Positions 19,048 to 28,917 of a stretch of DNA of 64,000 nt are shown in pieces. This DNA comes from a virus. Lineage: Duplodnaviria; Heunggongvirae; Uroviricota; Caudoviricetes. How positions within the stretch are numbered: the first letter of the stretch is position 1; every line of letters starts with the position of its first letter. The notes below the pieces were generated by a model, which saw nothing but the letters and a program-made list of their open reading frames with translations, had not been told where the DNA came from and made no database searches. Both the position numbers and the translations under genes were made by a program. The stretch lies in IMG/VR virus record IMGVR_UViG_3300031413_000001; one strand, written 5' to 3'.

Positions 19048-19235
19048 GGGACCTGGTCAAGAGCTTTCTGGTAACGCTGGTCATCCTAGCGTTGACAGCT
19101 TGCGTCTGTGGTCTTGCGTGGTATGCCAGCCAGCATCCCCTGTGGGCTACCAGTACGCTGATGCCCATCTTGGGCGTTTTGTTCGTGCTGGGCATCTGGG
19201 GAATGGTCCACACAACAATCAAGCTGGACAAATAA
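19044..19235 (+). CDS. small membrane protein
   Basis: GTGA overlap; 2 TM. Confidence 0.7.
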   Translation: MRDLVKSFLVTLVILALTACVCGLAWYASQHPLWATSTLMPILGVLFVLGIWGMVHTTIKLDK

Positions 19236-19237
19236 TC

Positions 19238-19570
19238 GTGTTCTACTATCTGGACAAGGACAAGAAAGTCCAGCAAGTCAAGGGAAACTTTCTAAAACAC
19301 ATCATTGAGAACGGTAACAACTCTCGGATAGTTGGTCGCACGGAAACCATTCTAGGCGTCCATGTGTCAACGGTTTTCCTGGGATCAAATGTTGGAATAT
19401 ACGATGAAAGTCCCAAGTATTTTGAAACCATGATCACCAGTGAGCGAACCGAAGTCTTGTACAGAGACGTTGTGGAGCGGTATGCGACTTGGGATGACGC
19501 CCTTGCAGGACATGCAAAATGGTGCAATGAAGTGGTAGCTATCGTGTTATCGGAGGACACCAATGATTGA
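19238..19570 (+). CDS. hypothetical protein
   Basis: VSTVFLG...FETMI...RYATWDDALAGH, typical small phage family. Confidence 0.7.
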   Translation: MFYYLDKDKKVQQVKGNFLKHIIENGNNSRIVGRTETILGVHVSTVFLGSNVGIYDESPKYFETMITSERTEVLYRDVVERYATWDDALAGHAKWCNEVVAIVLSEDTND

Positions 19571-19904
19571 ACTGTGGAGTGCGGAGCAACTCAAGGATGA
19601 GATCTCCGATTTTATCGCCAAGGACATGGGCCTCTACATCAAGAATCTGCAGGGGCAGGGTGCTGATGTGGTTGGCCTGGATCTGGGCGGCTTCGTGGTC
19701 ATCGAGTACCACTACATTCCCGCAGAGAGCATCCGAATGGTTCTCCAAGTCAAGGGCAAGAGCCTGATCATGGAGGTCTATCAGGATCAGGACGGTGTCC
19801 GGCGGACTCAGCTGTTCAAGCGAAAGCGTATGATCCCAGTGATCGATTACGTGGATCTCAAGACCAAGCAAGCCGATCCCGGCGAATCAACGATGTTTGG
19901 TTGA
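19563..19904 (+). CDS. hypothetical protein
   Basis: GGAGG RBS. Confidence 0.7.
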   Translation: MIELWSAEQLKDEISDFIAKDMGLYIKNLQGQGADVVGLDLGGFVVIEYHYIPAESIRMVLQVKGKSLIMEVYQDQDGVRRTQLFKRKRMIPVIDYVDLKTKQADPGESTMFG

Positions 19905-19956
19905 CACACAGGATCCTGGCGCTACACCAGCTGGGAATCAACAGGAGATCGGCACT

Positions 19957-21861
19957 ATGAGTGCAAGCGACGATATCAAGGATGCAATCGTCAATTATTT
20001 CGATTGCACGGACGTCAAGGGAAACAAGGCAGCCGACTGGAAGCGCCGCGACAAGCGGACTCTGGCAAGTGGGCATGATTTCCGGGAGTTCCACAACGCC
20101 AAGCTGAATCGCACTGTCTATACGCTGGGCGACGACGAAGACTGTCAGATCCTGGAAAAGGATCAGTGGATCTATGGGTTCAGCGACGCAGCGGATCTGG
20201 GCGAAGACGGCAGCTTCGTGCTTTCGTTCGAACCACTCGATCGCTTTCTCCGGTGCGCTCGACTATACGACCAGCATCAGCAGGATGGTCTGGTTGCCCT
20301 GATGGGACTTCCAGCGAACCTCGACGAGGTGTGCGAGAATCAGTTCATCGCCAGTCACAACGACTACAATGAGCTCACGATCCATATGACGCTGAAGAAG
20401 GCCGGCTTCAAGTTCTCGCGTGAGCTGACCGACTGGCTGATGGCACACAAGGCGCCAACCACGCCGGCCCCCGGTCCTGATCTCTCGATCGTTCCCGCGG
20501 TCCTCGACCCCAACTACAGCGCACCACTTCAGCCGGCTTCGAGCAGTCCTGCTCCGGCGGCAAGCGGTGTGATCACCAAGTTCGCCAACAAGAATCCCGG
20601 TCAGGTAGCAGCGGCAGCCCAGGCAACGCATCAGGCACAACAGGCCTCGATGATGGCAGCAATCGGTCAGATGGCTGGTCAGCTGGGCGCAACCGGTGGC
20701 GTGCAGATTGGCAGCACCCATATCCCGGCCACGCCGGCTGCGAATCCAATGGCACAGCTCAACAAGATCCTGGCAGCACAGGGAACCAAGGTGGTCGGCG
20801 TTGGCCCCGGTGGCACGATGACGCCGTTGAATGGTATCCCTCCGCTTCCGCCCAGCGGTCTCTTCAACAGCCCTGGGATGCAGGCCGCGATGCCCATCAT
20901 GAGCGGTGGCTACCCCGAGTTGGTGAACCTTCAGCCTGCAGTCCAGGCAGCGTTCATCAGCCAGCGGATCATGGGTCACATGGGTCTCGACCAGGCCAAC
21001 ACTGCATGGGACGATGACGCGGCGATCAACGCGCAATTCCAGTCCGGTGTCGACGAAATCGAAATCGAGCGCAGCCACGCAATCTGGTTGCTCTATGAGA
21101 TCTACGACGATGGGTCGAGCAATCCCCTAATCGACTTTTTCCTCTCCGACGATGAGGAACTGAGCGAGCATTTGGGCGCCGTACTGGACATGGACGAGGA
21201 TGACCAGTACATCAGCATCCGCGATGATGATCAGGCATATCCCGCGCCCTATGATCTTCCCGTTCCCCAGCCGGCTCCCTATGTTGCTCCTCCAATGCCA
21301 CCGGGCTTTGGTGGCGGCGGTCGGGCAGCCCCAATGGTTGGCCCAGCGTCCATGAATGCAAGGGCGGGCAGCTTTGCCCCACTGCCAGCAGCACCGCCGG
21401 CCGTTGTTCCACCGGCTCCTCCGGTGGGTGCAGCCAGTGCCTACATCAACAGCGATAGCGGCGACAAGTGGGCGGAGTTCTGCGGCGAGGTCTGGAACAC
21501 GTTCAGTGCCAACAAGGCCAACCTTCCCCTCGACCTCACGTGGTCGGATCGCTATCGTCCCCGCGATGCACAGATCACCGGACTGGGCTACAAGTTTGTC
21601 CGCCGGGAGTTCACGGGCATCGTGATGCAGATGGGCTATCTGGATCGTGAAGGCAACTTGCTGGAGACCATCGACCTCCCCGGTGATGTCTTGAGCGAGG
21701 TGCTCAAGGAGTGGGGCGGCGACTGGAACATCGACGACATCACGCAGATGATCCACAAGCGGAAGGGTGAGAATCCCGAGACGGGCTTCAGCTACTCCAG
21801 CGAGGGCTTGTTCGACGAGGTCAAGGCATACCTGGACGGCGAAGGTTGGAAGGAAGCATAA
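19957..21861 (+). CDS. large hypothetical protein with P/A/G/Q low-complexity linkers
   Basis: promoter element and AGGAGATC RBS before ATG 19957. Confidence 0.8.
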   Translation: MSASDDIKDAIVNYFDCTDVKGNKAADWKRRDKRTLASGHDFREFHNAKLNRTVYTLGDDEDCQILEKDQWIYGFSDAADLGEDGSFVLSFEPLDRFLRCARLYDQHQQDGLVALMGLPANLDEVCENQFIASHNDYNELTIHMTLKKAGFKFSRELTDWLMAHKAPTTPAPGPDLSIVPAVLDPNYSAPLQPASSSPAPAASGVITKFANKNPGQVAAAAQATHQAQQASMMAAIGQMAGQLGATGGVQIGSTHIPATPAANPMAQLNKILAAQGTKVVGVGPGGTMTPLNGIPPLPPSGLFNSPGMQAAMPIMSGGYPELVNLQPAVQAAFISQRIMGHMGLDQANTAWDDDAAINAQFQSGVDEIEIERSHAIWLLYEIYDDGSSNPLIDFFLSDDEELSEHLGAVLDMDEDDQYISIRDDDQAYPAPYDLPVPQPAPYVAPPMPPGFGGGGRAAPMVGPASMNARAGSFAPLPAAPPAVVPPAPPVGAASAYINSDSGDKWAEFCGEVWNTFSANKANLPLDLTWSDRYRPRDAQITGLGYKFVRREFTGIVMQMGYLDREGNLLETIDLPGDVLSEVLKEWGGDWNIDDITQMIHKRKGENPETGFSYSSEGLFDEVKAYLDGEGWKEA

Positions 21862-22127
21862 TGGGCAAGAAGAAAAAGGCCGAACGGCAACCGCTCAAGG
21901 TCTATGGTCAGCTGGTCGGCGACGGCGATGTTGAGGAGGGTGTCAAGCCCGTTCTGCTGGAGGAGGTTTGCTTTCTCGCTGACCCCAAGATGCTCCGCAA
22001 GATTGCCAAGCATTTGAAGGAATCTGCGAAGATTCTGGAAAAATGGGATCATCACCATATGAACAACCACAAGCATGGTGTGGAGATCATCGTTCTCCGT
22101 CCCGAGCATATGGCACCCCTTGACTGA
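21861..22127 (+). CDS. hypothetical protein
   Basis: TAATG coupling. Confidence 0.7.
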   Translation: MGKKKKAERQPLKVYGQLVGDGDVEEGVKPVLLEEVCFLADPKMLRKIAKHLKESAKILEKWDHHHMNNHKHGVEIIVLRPEHMAPLD

Positions 22128-22354
22128 TGGAAATTGCCCACTATTTTGAGAACCCACCGGACTACGTTTTCAAGGTCCGTGGCTCGCGGGAGGAACTAGA
22201 GGAGTTGGAACAACGCTTCTGGAAGATCTCGGTGAGCATGATAGCGGGCAATCCATTGTTAGCCATTCTCAAAGATGGCGTGCCGACCTTCCAGACCAGC
22301 TACAGTTTCAGTGATCCCAAGGAAGCGATGATGTTTCGGCTAGCCGTCATCTAA
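22127..22354 (+). CDS. hypothetical protein, C-terminal AxxFKL-motif family
   Basis: ends FSDPKEAMMFRLAVI. Confidence 0.75.
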   Translation: MEIAHYFENPPDYVFKVRGSREELEELEQRFWKISVSMIAGNPLLAILKDGVPTFQTSYSFSDPKEAMMFRLAVI

Positions 22355-22416
22355 GCGGTTGATTTGCGGAACCCTGGTGCTAATGCTGGTTACAGTTAGG
22401 CAACCAGGAGACCACT

Positions 22417-23676
22417 ATGAAGCGGATTCTACTTGCAATGGCCGCGCTCGCGCTGACGACGCCGGCCTTTGCTGCAATCCCCAATCCCCCGCCCCTTGAT
22501 CCCACCAAAAGTGTGGTCGATGGAGCCAACATCCTCGATGACGCGCAGGAAGCTGCTCTCGAGGCGCAGACGCGGCAGATCTACGATGCCACGCATCACC
22601 ACATCGTCGTTCTGACCACTCCCACGATGAAGGGTTACAGTGGCGTTGAGTACGGCAACAATGCCTTCCGCTACTATAAGATCGGCAACCGGACGCGAAA
22701 CGATGGCGTCCTGCTTCTGGTCAGCATGAGCAACCCACGGCGGCTCCAGATCGTTCCCGGCTATGGTCTGGAAGGTGAGCTCACGGATGCGCGGTCTGTG
22801 GAGATCACCGAGGCGATGAAGCCGGTGATGAAGTCCGGTGATTATGGGGCGGCAATCAGCCAGGGCGTCGATCAAATCGGCACGACGATCACCAAGGAAG
22901 TGGTCACGCCCCAGCAACTGGCGGCCACGGCTCCTGGTACGCAGACGGCTGTGGAAAAGGCCGAGAGCAGCGACACGTGGCTTACCATTCTGGCGATCTT
23001 CCTGGTCCTCGGTCTGGCCTGGCTGGCCTTCTACTTGTTCATCCAGCGTCCCAAGCATCTAAAGGCCAAGGCGCTTCTGCTCCGCATCAACGGTCTGATC
23101 AGCGATGGCAAGACTTATGAATACAGGGACGACCTGATCAACGCACAACTCAAGTACCAGCAGGCGCTGGAACTCGATCCCAGCAATGAGACGATCCAGT
23201 ACAAGCTCTCTTCCGTAGCGCGGGACATTCAGCGCAAAAAGGATGAGGCAATCGCGGCGGCCGCTCGTGCAGTCGAGGCAGCAAAGCCCAAGCCCAAGCC
23301 AATGGTCGTGGAGCGAGTTCGGGAAACGTTCACCAAGCCTTCGCCATCGGTTGGCAGGACGCCAACGGCAGCGCGCAACTACAGCCCGCCACCCGCTCCT
23401 CCCAAGCGCGATACTGGGCCATCAGCGGCAGCACTGGCAGCGGCTGCCGAGGAACAGCGGCGACGCGACCGAAAGCGCCAGCAGGATCGTGATGACGAGG
23501 ATCGCCGTCAGCGCCAGCGCGAGGATGATGATCGCCGGTCGCGTGATAGCTGGTCGTCCAGCAGCTCGTCGAGCAGCAGCTCAAGCTCATCGTCCAGCAA
23601 CGATTACTCCAGCCCTTCGCCCAGCTTCGACAGCGGTGGCTCCTCGGGCGGAGGTGGTGGTGGCTCCGACTGGTAA
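22417..23676 (+). CDS. TPM-domain membrane protein (YgcG-like) with TPR-like and S/G-rich tail
   Basis: signal peptide; VVDGANIL, GVLLLVS, GYGLEG.LTD; TM; AL.LDP.N. Confidence 0.85.
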   Translation: MKRILLAMAALALTTPAFAAIPNPPPLDPTKSVVDGANILDDAQEAALEAQTRQIYDATHHHIVVLTTPTMKGYSGVEYGNNAFRYYKIGNRTRNDGVLLLVSMSNPRRLQIVPGYGLEGELTDARSVEITEAMKPVMKSGDYGAAISQGVDQIGTTITKEVVTPQQLAATAPGTQTAVEKAESSDTWLTILAIFLVLGLAWLAFYLFIQRPKHLKAKALLLRINGLISDGKTYEYRDDLINAQLKYQQALELDPSNETIQYKLSSVARDIQRKKDEAIAAAARAVEAAKPKPKPMVVERVRETFTKPSPSVGRTPTAARNYSPPPAPPKRDTGPSAAALAAAAEEQRRRDRKRQQDRDDEDRRQRQREDDDRRSRDSWSSSSSSSSSSSSSSSNDYSSPSPSFDSGGSSGGGGGGSDW

Positions 23677-23701
23677 ACAGTCAAGGAAACGTCAAGACCA
23701 A

Positions 23702-23725
23702 GGGGAGCAGCGAGGGTTGCTCCCC
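23702..23725 (+). terminator. stem-loop, putative terminator
   Basis: GGGGAGCAGC-GAGG-GTTGCTCCCC. Confidence 0.5.
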
Positions 23726-23753
23726 ACCCATTTGAGTAACGGAAGAAGCATCT

Positions 23754-24014
23754 GTGGTCACTTTCAAAAGCACAATGAGCAACTGGTCCAACGACGGATC
23801 CACTTGGGTATGGTGCGAGGGCACGATGCGCGATCTGGAATCCGTAAAGGAACAAGTCCTTGGGCGCCAGTGGTCCGAGAAGGTGGAAGTGGGTCTAGCA
23901 GAGCCCAGCAGTGGTCGCCACGACTACGCGGGACCATTTGCTGATCGTCCCCACTACATGGCATTCGTCTTTTACTGCAAACAGGACGCCACTCTCTTCA
24001 AGCTGAGTTACTGA
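23754..24014 (+). CDS. hypothetical protein, C-terminal AxxFKL-motif family
   Basis: ends FYCKQDATLFKLSY. Confidence 0.75.
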   Translation: MVTFKSTMSNWSNDGSTWVWCEGTMRDLESVKEQVLGRQWSEKVEVGLAEPSSGRHDYAGPFADRPHYMAFVFYCKQDATLFKLSY

Positions 24015-24325
24015 TGCGCTTTACCCGGATGCAAAAGGTGGACGAGCTCACGTGGATCCACATCGAAGGATCCGCGGAAGAGATCGCTAGGGCTGAGCAG
24101 TGGGTCAAGACCAGTGCGACCATGTGGGTAATGGACTATCCAGTGGTCACCAAGGCATTCCTGCCCGATGGTTCTCCCGCTAGTGGCAACATGACTTCCT
24201 TTATCTTGTCCATGATCAAGCAAGGCAAGAAGTCCTCGGTTGTCAGCAACATGACGATCATCCACGAGAAGAAGTTCTGCTTCAAAGATCCCGGTGACGC
24301 GCTCCGGTTCAAACTGTCCATGTGA
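24014..24325 (+). CDS. hypothetical protein, C-terminal AxxFKL-motif family
   Basis: ends FKDPGDALRFKLSM. Confidence 0.75.
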   Translation: MRFTRMQKVDELTWIHIEGSAEEIARAEQWVKTSATMWVMDYPVVTKAFLPDGSPASGNMTSFILSMIKQGKKSSVVSNMTIIHEKKFCFKDPGDALRFKLSM

Positions 24326-24364
24326 ATAGTGACGCGCAGGGTTATGCCCGCGTAATGTCACTGC

Positions 24365-24625
24365 ATGAAGATCAAGACCTATGCCGAACCTGGTAGCACC
24401 CTTGCGTTTGCATATGGCAACGAGACCGCCCACCACTGGATTATTGACGTGGACGGCGAGGAATATGTAGAGCTGATAACGAGGCTCAAAGACACCAAGT
24501 GGAACAAACAAGTAGCTTGGTATCCCAAGTTCTTTCCCAGTGATGTCTATGGGAAGACTGATCTGGAAGCCCACATCATAGCCTACGACGATCGAGACGC
24601 GACGCTTTTACGTTTGTCGCTGTAG
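24365..24625 (+). CDS. hypothetical protein, C-terminal AxxFKL-motif family
   Basis: ends YDDRDATLLRLSL. Confidence 0.75.
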   Translation: MKIKTYAEPGSTLAFAYGNETAHHWIIDVDGEEYVELITRLKDTKWNKQVAWYPKFFPSDVYGKTDLEAHIIAYDDRDATLLRLSL

Positions 24626-24633
24626 GAGGCTCG

Positions 24634-25263
24634 ATGGAAACTCAGTTTACAAAGAAGATCTATTACAAGAAGTATGACCACCGCCTGGTCATCAATGCTA
24701 GGACTTGTGGCTACCGGGAACCAGTAATCAAGCCAACCGCTGAAACAGTGGAGTGGCTGCTGAATAAGCGTTTTCCTGACGGCGGATGGCGCACGGTAAG
24801 CACCTACAGCTATGTTCACAAGAGCCAGCAATGCTCAGTGTTCTTCAAGGATCCAGTGGTCTTTGAATACTTGAAGGAACAAGTTGGTGAGGACTTTATC
24901 AGTGTACTGGAAAAGCCACTGAGTGCAGAGCACACGCAGATGCTGGAAAGCAACGACAAGCTGATCACTCGAAAGCAACTGTTCTACAGCAAGTATAGGA
25001 TGTGCCTACGAGTAAGCCACACTCGCCTAAGCTACTGGCAGACCAGCAGCGAGAACGTTCGTGAGATGCAGGCTTGGTGCAAGGAACAGTTTGGCGACGA
25101 CCAGGAACGCTGCATGATGAGCGGCTGGTCGCGCGGTAACTTTTACTTCAAGGACCCCAAGGACGCCCTACTGTTCAAGCTGACTTGGGGTGGGCAGGAT
25201 GTCAAGACCGAACGTGTTATCACTGTTGCGGAACTTGAAGCAGCGAAGGTTTCAGAGGCCTGA
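24634..25263 (+). CDS. hypothetical protein, AxxFKL-motif family (two-domain)
   Basis: FYFKDPKDALLFKLTWG near C-terminus; VFFKDP in first half. Confidence 0.8.
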   Translation: METQFTKKIYYKKYDHRLVINARTCGYREPVIKPTAETVEWLLNKRFPDGGWRTVSTYSYVHKSQQCSVFFKDPVVFEYLKEQVGEDFISVLEKPLSAEHTQMLESNDKLITRKQLFYSKYRMCLRVSHTRLSYWQTSSENVREMQAWCKEQFGDDQERCMMSGWSRGNFYFKDPKDALLFKLTWGGQDVKTERVITVAELEAAKVSEA

Positions 25264-25506
25264 CATACGCCTCATGATCACGGTGTCCTCGGGAAACAGC
25301 CCGAGGACGTCCGTCTCGACTACTTGATAACGCTCTTGCAGCCTTGCATACTCGGGCAGCTTGGCACGTTCATCGGCACGATCCTTGGCCGTGTTGACGT
25401 CCTTTAAGCTGGCATAAACGCCCTTGAACTCTGTGATGCGATCGGGTTCATTGAACGGATGGCTGTAGTCTTCTAGATAGTGGCGGAGGAGTACGAACAC
25501 CTTCAT
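25252..25506 (-). CDS. hypothetical protein
   Basis: GAGGAG RBS; strand convergence point. Confidence 0.7.
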   Translation of the reverse strand: MKVFVLLRHYLEDYSHPFNEPDRITEFKGVYASLKDVNTAKDRADERAKLPEYARLQERYQVVETDVLGLFPEDTVIMRRMSGL

Positions 25507-25637
25507 GCGTTCAACTCCTCTTCCAACTGGTCAGCGGCTTCCGACCATGCACGACCAGCGCCACTGTCGCCAATGCTCCAGCTATAATCGGACTGCTCAC
25601 GCCACTTGGTGATCAGAGCTTTGATCTGCTCCTCCAT
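25503..25637 (-). CDS. 44-aa hypothetical protein (not in ORF track)
   Basis: MEEQIKALITKWREQS...; coupled at both ends. Confidence 0.6.
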   Translation of the reverse strand: MEEQIKALITKWREQSDYSWSIGDSGAGRAWSEAADQLEEELNA

Positions 25638-25885
25638 TAACGGCGACCCGTGAGGTTTTTGTTTGCCAGTCGGCGGAGTTCCGCGAGATCCCCGGACGCG
25701 CTTGCAGCGCGCACCTCACGGCGATGGGTGTTTTCCTTGATGGAAACTCGGCGGCGATTGTCGACCCCAACTGCTCGGGCAGCTTCGTTCATTACGCGGA
25801 TGAGACCCTCACCGTCGAGCGTGGGGTCACACATGCGATCCACCATCGACTTCATCTCTTCCATGCTGATAAGACGCGCTGCCAT
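25637..25885 (-). CDS. hypothetical protein
   Basis: promoter element and AGGAGATCGA RBS. Confidence 0.75.
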   Translation of the reverse strand: MAARLISMEEMKSMVDRMCDPTLDGEGLIRVMNEAARAVGVDNRRRVSIKENTHRREVRAASASGDLAELRRLANKNLTGRR

Positions 25886-25948
25886 TTTCGATCTCCTGCT
25901 CAACTCGTATTTCTGTCCTAGCAGAACTGGACACGCTGTCAACCAGTT

Positions 25949-26659
25949 TTAGAATTCTTTGGTGACACCTAAAACGAATTCAACCGCTGGAGTCTGACGT
26001 GTTAGACCAATGTTGGCATTGATATCAAACTCCACACTTTTGGATGCCGTGTAGGCGAGAGTGAAATCTGCACTGCTCTGCGTCTCACCCCGTTGATGCT
26101 GGATCATGTATTCCACAGTACCACTAATGGGTCCGTGGAGTATCTGGTTGACACCTAGAAATGTGCCTCCCAGCAGATACTGGCCCTTGACCGCATAGGG
26201 CGTAAGATAAAACTGCGTCCGGGGAGTGATATCGTAGGTGCTCCCAAAGGCAATTCCGGGAATCAATCGACCAGCGGAAAGCTTCGAGGAGCCCGTTGGC
26301 AACTGAATACTGGGCTGGACTGCTAGGCTGAAGTCACCTTCTACAAGACGCTTCCGGTAGCTTAGGCGGAGATCACCACGGCCCTGAGCAAAGCTCTTAC
26401 GTACCATGGGGCTCATGGCCAGCTGAACTTCCGATGTGTCATCTAGACCCAGCCGGACAACCGCATCAGCAATCAAACGGGTATCATCGGCATCCTGGAA
26501 CCAGTCAAGGAGACCAATCTCAACTTGAATGTGTCCGGGATCAACGGTGCAGGGCTGAAACGCCCCACGATCGGGACAAAGTGGCTTGAGTTCCTGTGCG
26601 GCCACTGGGCTCGCAAGGAACGTGCCGGTTATGAAAAGTAGTCGCGAAATGCTTGCCAT
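25949..26659 (-). CDS. outer-membrane beta-barrel 'transporter' (Phenol_MetA_deg-like)
   Basis: signal peptide; LCPDRG...PCTVDPGHIQVEIG; LPTG; C-terminal F. Confidence 0.75.
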   Translation of the reverse strand: MASISRLLFITGTFLASPVAAQELKPLCPDRGAFQPCTVDPGHIQVEIGLLDWFQDADDTRLIADAVVRLGLDDTSEVQLAMSPMVRKSFAQGRGDLRLSYRKRLVEGDFSLAVQPSIQLPTGSSKLSAGRLIPGIAFGSTYDITPRTQFYLTPYAVKGQYLLGGTFLGVNQILHGPISGTVEYMIQHQRGETQSSADFTLAYTASKSVEFDINANIGLTRQTPAVEFVLGVTKEF

Positions 26660-26844
26660 GAACAAACCGCGATCCAGCTGACCAATGCCAGGGCGATGAA
26701 CACCACACCAAGGTAGGCCATCCAGACAATCAGCTTTCCGATGAGCATGATGATACCAATGAGGAGGGCGAGGCCTACGACTACAAAGGTACACACAATG
26801 CAGATTGCGACGAATAAGAAAGCAAGTCCCACGAAAGCGTCCAC
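26629..26844 (-). CDS. small membrane protein
   Basis: almost entirely hydrophobic; GGAG RBS. Confidence 0.65.
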   Translation of the reverse strand: MDAFVGLAFLFVAICIVCTFVVVGLALLIGIIMLIGKLIVWMAYLGVVFIALALVSWIAVCSWQAFRDYFS

Positions 26845-26845
26845 A

Positions 26846-27280
26846 TCAAATCTCCGACAACTGATGCACCATTGCTACCAGTCGATCATTGCCCGGCCGG
26901 GGTCCCTGGCTTTCAGAGAACGGCTCAAAGGCTTTGAACTTACTATGCAGTATCTGACCCATGCTGTCACGTTTTATGAACGCCATGATCTTCACTGGAC
27001 CCCACTTGTTGGTCTTCATGTAGCGCATCATAGGATCCAGCGTGTAGCCTTCACCAGCGGGTTCAAAAGCGTTGTCGGTGTAGTCCTTCCGATCGTAGAA
27101 CTTTTCCAGGAACACCGTGTGGAGAAGCGTCTCTTCCTGGCGGCCCTTTTGAATTACACGACCCAGAAAGCTACGAATCTCGGGCCGCACCGGTATTACT
27201 TTGGTCCAGCACTGGATTCCTTCATTGACGCGCTCGCAATGTAGAACACCGCGATGGTCTTGGAATACAGCCCACACCAT
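26846..27280 (-). CDS. hypothetical protein
   Basis: GAGGA RBS before ATG 27280. Confidence 0.7.
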   Translation of the reverse strand: MVWAVFQDHRGVLHCERVNEGIQCWTKVIPVRPEIRSFLGRVIQKGRQEETLLHTVFLEKFYDRKDYTDNAFEPAGEGYTLDPMMRYMKTNKWGPVKIMAFIKRDSMGQILHSKFKAFEPFSESQGPRPGNDRLVAMVHQLSEI

Positions 27281-27281
27281 T

Positions 27282-27446
27282 TTATTCCTCGATCCGCCAG
27301 TTGACAACGGGGTCCAGGAGACTGGCCGTTGCAGTGCTGATTGCCGCTGCCCGTGCGATGGGATCCTGCGTGGCATCGAACTCGATGGGGAAAGTATGTT
27401 CTTTCCGATGACGACCCTTTTTGGTCACCATGATCAGCTTTGCCAT
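27282..27446 (-). CDS. hypothetical protein
   Basis: AGGAG RBS. Confidence 0.6.
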   Translation of the reverse strand: MAKLIMVTKKGRHRKEHTFPIEFDATQDPIARAAAISTATASLLDPVVNWRIEE

Positions 27447-27463
27447 CACGTTTCTCCTATGCA

Positions 27464-27495
27464 GGGGGAGGGGAGAGGAGATCATCCCCTCCCCC
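27464..27495 (-). terminator. 11-bp stem-loop after 27501-27818
   Basis: GGGGGAGGGGA...TCCCCTCCCCC. Confidence 0.5.
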
Positions 27496-27500
27496 GCCGA

Positions 27501-27818
27501 TCAGTTTGCGGTGACCGAAGCTGCGATGTTCTCGGTGCTCGGCACGACATCGTACCAGCCATACTTGGGGTTCGCCAGTGCGACCTTGCTGCCGGCTTCC
27601 AGGTGACCAGCGAATGCCGACCGCAGACCGAGCCGACGACCGTTGCCCTTGACCGAGAGATTGGCGACCTGCTCGTCCTTGGGGAGATTCACTAGCGAGG
27701 TGCGATCGGTGAAGCGAATCTGCAGAGTCTCACCGCGCATCCGAATCCGAGCCTTGGTAGCCGAACCGACGAGTGCCAGGGTTGCTGCTGCATTGATGTT
27801 CAGATTCTTGTAGGACAC
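27501..27818 (-). CDS. hypothetical protein
   Basis: GAGGAGATCGA RBS; promoter element upstream. Confidence 0.75.
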   Translation of the reverse strand: MSYKNLNINAAATLALVGSATKARIRMRGETLQIRFTDRTSLVNLPKDEQVANLSVKGNGRRLGLRSAFAGHLEAGSKVALANPKYGWYDVVPSTENIAASVTAN

Positions 27819-27954
27819 GATTTCGATCTCCTCGTTATGCCCAGGACAACTGCTGCCCTGTCCTCAACACACCTAATGCCGTCCTGGTTTACGTCAACCG
27901 CTTTTTTCACACCAGGAAATTTTTGTTCACTAAATAGAGCAAGAGGAGAAACCG

Positions 27955-28485
27955 ATGGACAATCTCGAGAACACCGCAAAGGCCGTTGCAGGCTTGAGCG
28001 AAGAACTGGCCGAGACGATCCGCGCCTGTGCGGTAACCAAGATCTTGGACCGTATCGGGGAACTCCCAGACGAGCACTTCCTACATATCGCAGCCCTGGC
28101 ATCACAGATCTGCGAAACGCCCGTCGCGGCCGTCAGCTTGATTGATGACGAACGTACAATCTACAAAGCACTTCTAACGGGCAGTCCCAACCCCGATCTT
28201 CGCTATTGTCGCGAGGAAACGTTCTGCAACCTGTTGACGAGAAGCCCCGACCAGCCCGTGATCATCTATGATGCACAAGCGGACTCACAGGTCTGCGGGC
28301 TTCCATTCGTCGATGGAACCTACGATTATCTGAGATTTTATTCTGGATTGTCGCTGACGACGAGCGAGGGATACAGCGTGGGCACCATTTGCGTTGCCGA
28401 CCGTATCCCTCGTAGGTTGCGAAAAGATCAGGAAGCCGCGTTGTATCGGCTTCGTGACCTAACGCTAAAGCTGATGGGCGTTTAA
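27955..28485 (+). CDS. stand-alone GAF-domain protein
   Basis: ASQICETPVAAVSLID, REETFC, RFYSG, GTICVAD..PR.L; TAAATA at 27931. Confidence 0.88.
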   Translation: MDNLENTAKAVAGLSEELAETIRACAVTKILDRIGELPDEHFLHIAALASQICETPVAAVSLIDDERTIYKALLTGSPNPDLRYCREETFCNLLTRSPDQPVIIYDAQADSQVCGLPFVDGTYDYLRFYSGLSLTTSEGYSVGTICVADRIPRRLRKDQEAALYRLRDLTLKLMGV

Positions 28486-28850
28486 GCCATCATCAGCAGT
28501 TCTTCGGTCTCCTGACGAATATCCGAAGTCATCATGCGGGCCAGCGCGTGAAGGTAGCCAAAGCGCGCAGCCTGGCGCCACGCATCATTGACATCCAGAC
28601 GAACCGGAAACACCTTGACCGCGTCGGCGGCCGTCAGGTCGTTATCCTCGGCGTCGAGACCATCACCGTTGAAAACCAGGAACTCCGTGGGAACAGTCGG
28701 ACCAGCCGGCTGGCAGACCGTAACGAGAATCTCGCCACCGCACTTGATCTGGAGCATGTTCTCGCAGTCGTGCGTTTCGGTCGTCAGCGCATAGTTGCGG
28801 CGTGCAATTTCGTTCTGCGTGTTCTGGTAGTCGTTTGCTGCGATGGACAT
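28482..28850 (-). CDS. hypothetical protein
   Basis: promoter element and AGGAG RBS. Confidence 0.75.
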   Translation of the reverse strand: MSIAANDYQNTQNEIARRNYALTTETHDCENMLQIKCGGEILVTVCQPAGPTVPTEFLVFNGDGLDAEDNDLTAADAVKVFPVRLDVNDAWRQAARFGYLHALARMMTSDIRQETEELLMMA

Positions 28851-28917
28851 TTGGTGTCTCCTGTCTGCGTTTCCAATACTTCCTATAAAGAGGAGTAATT
28901 GGTACGTCAACCAGGAT

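Noticed and set aside
23565-23670. AGC/TCG/GGT microsatellite-like run
   Set aside because: It simply encodes the Ser/Gly tail of the TPM protein with mixed codons.
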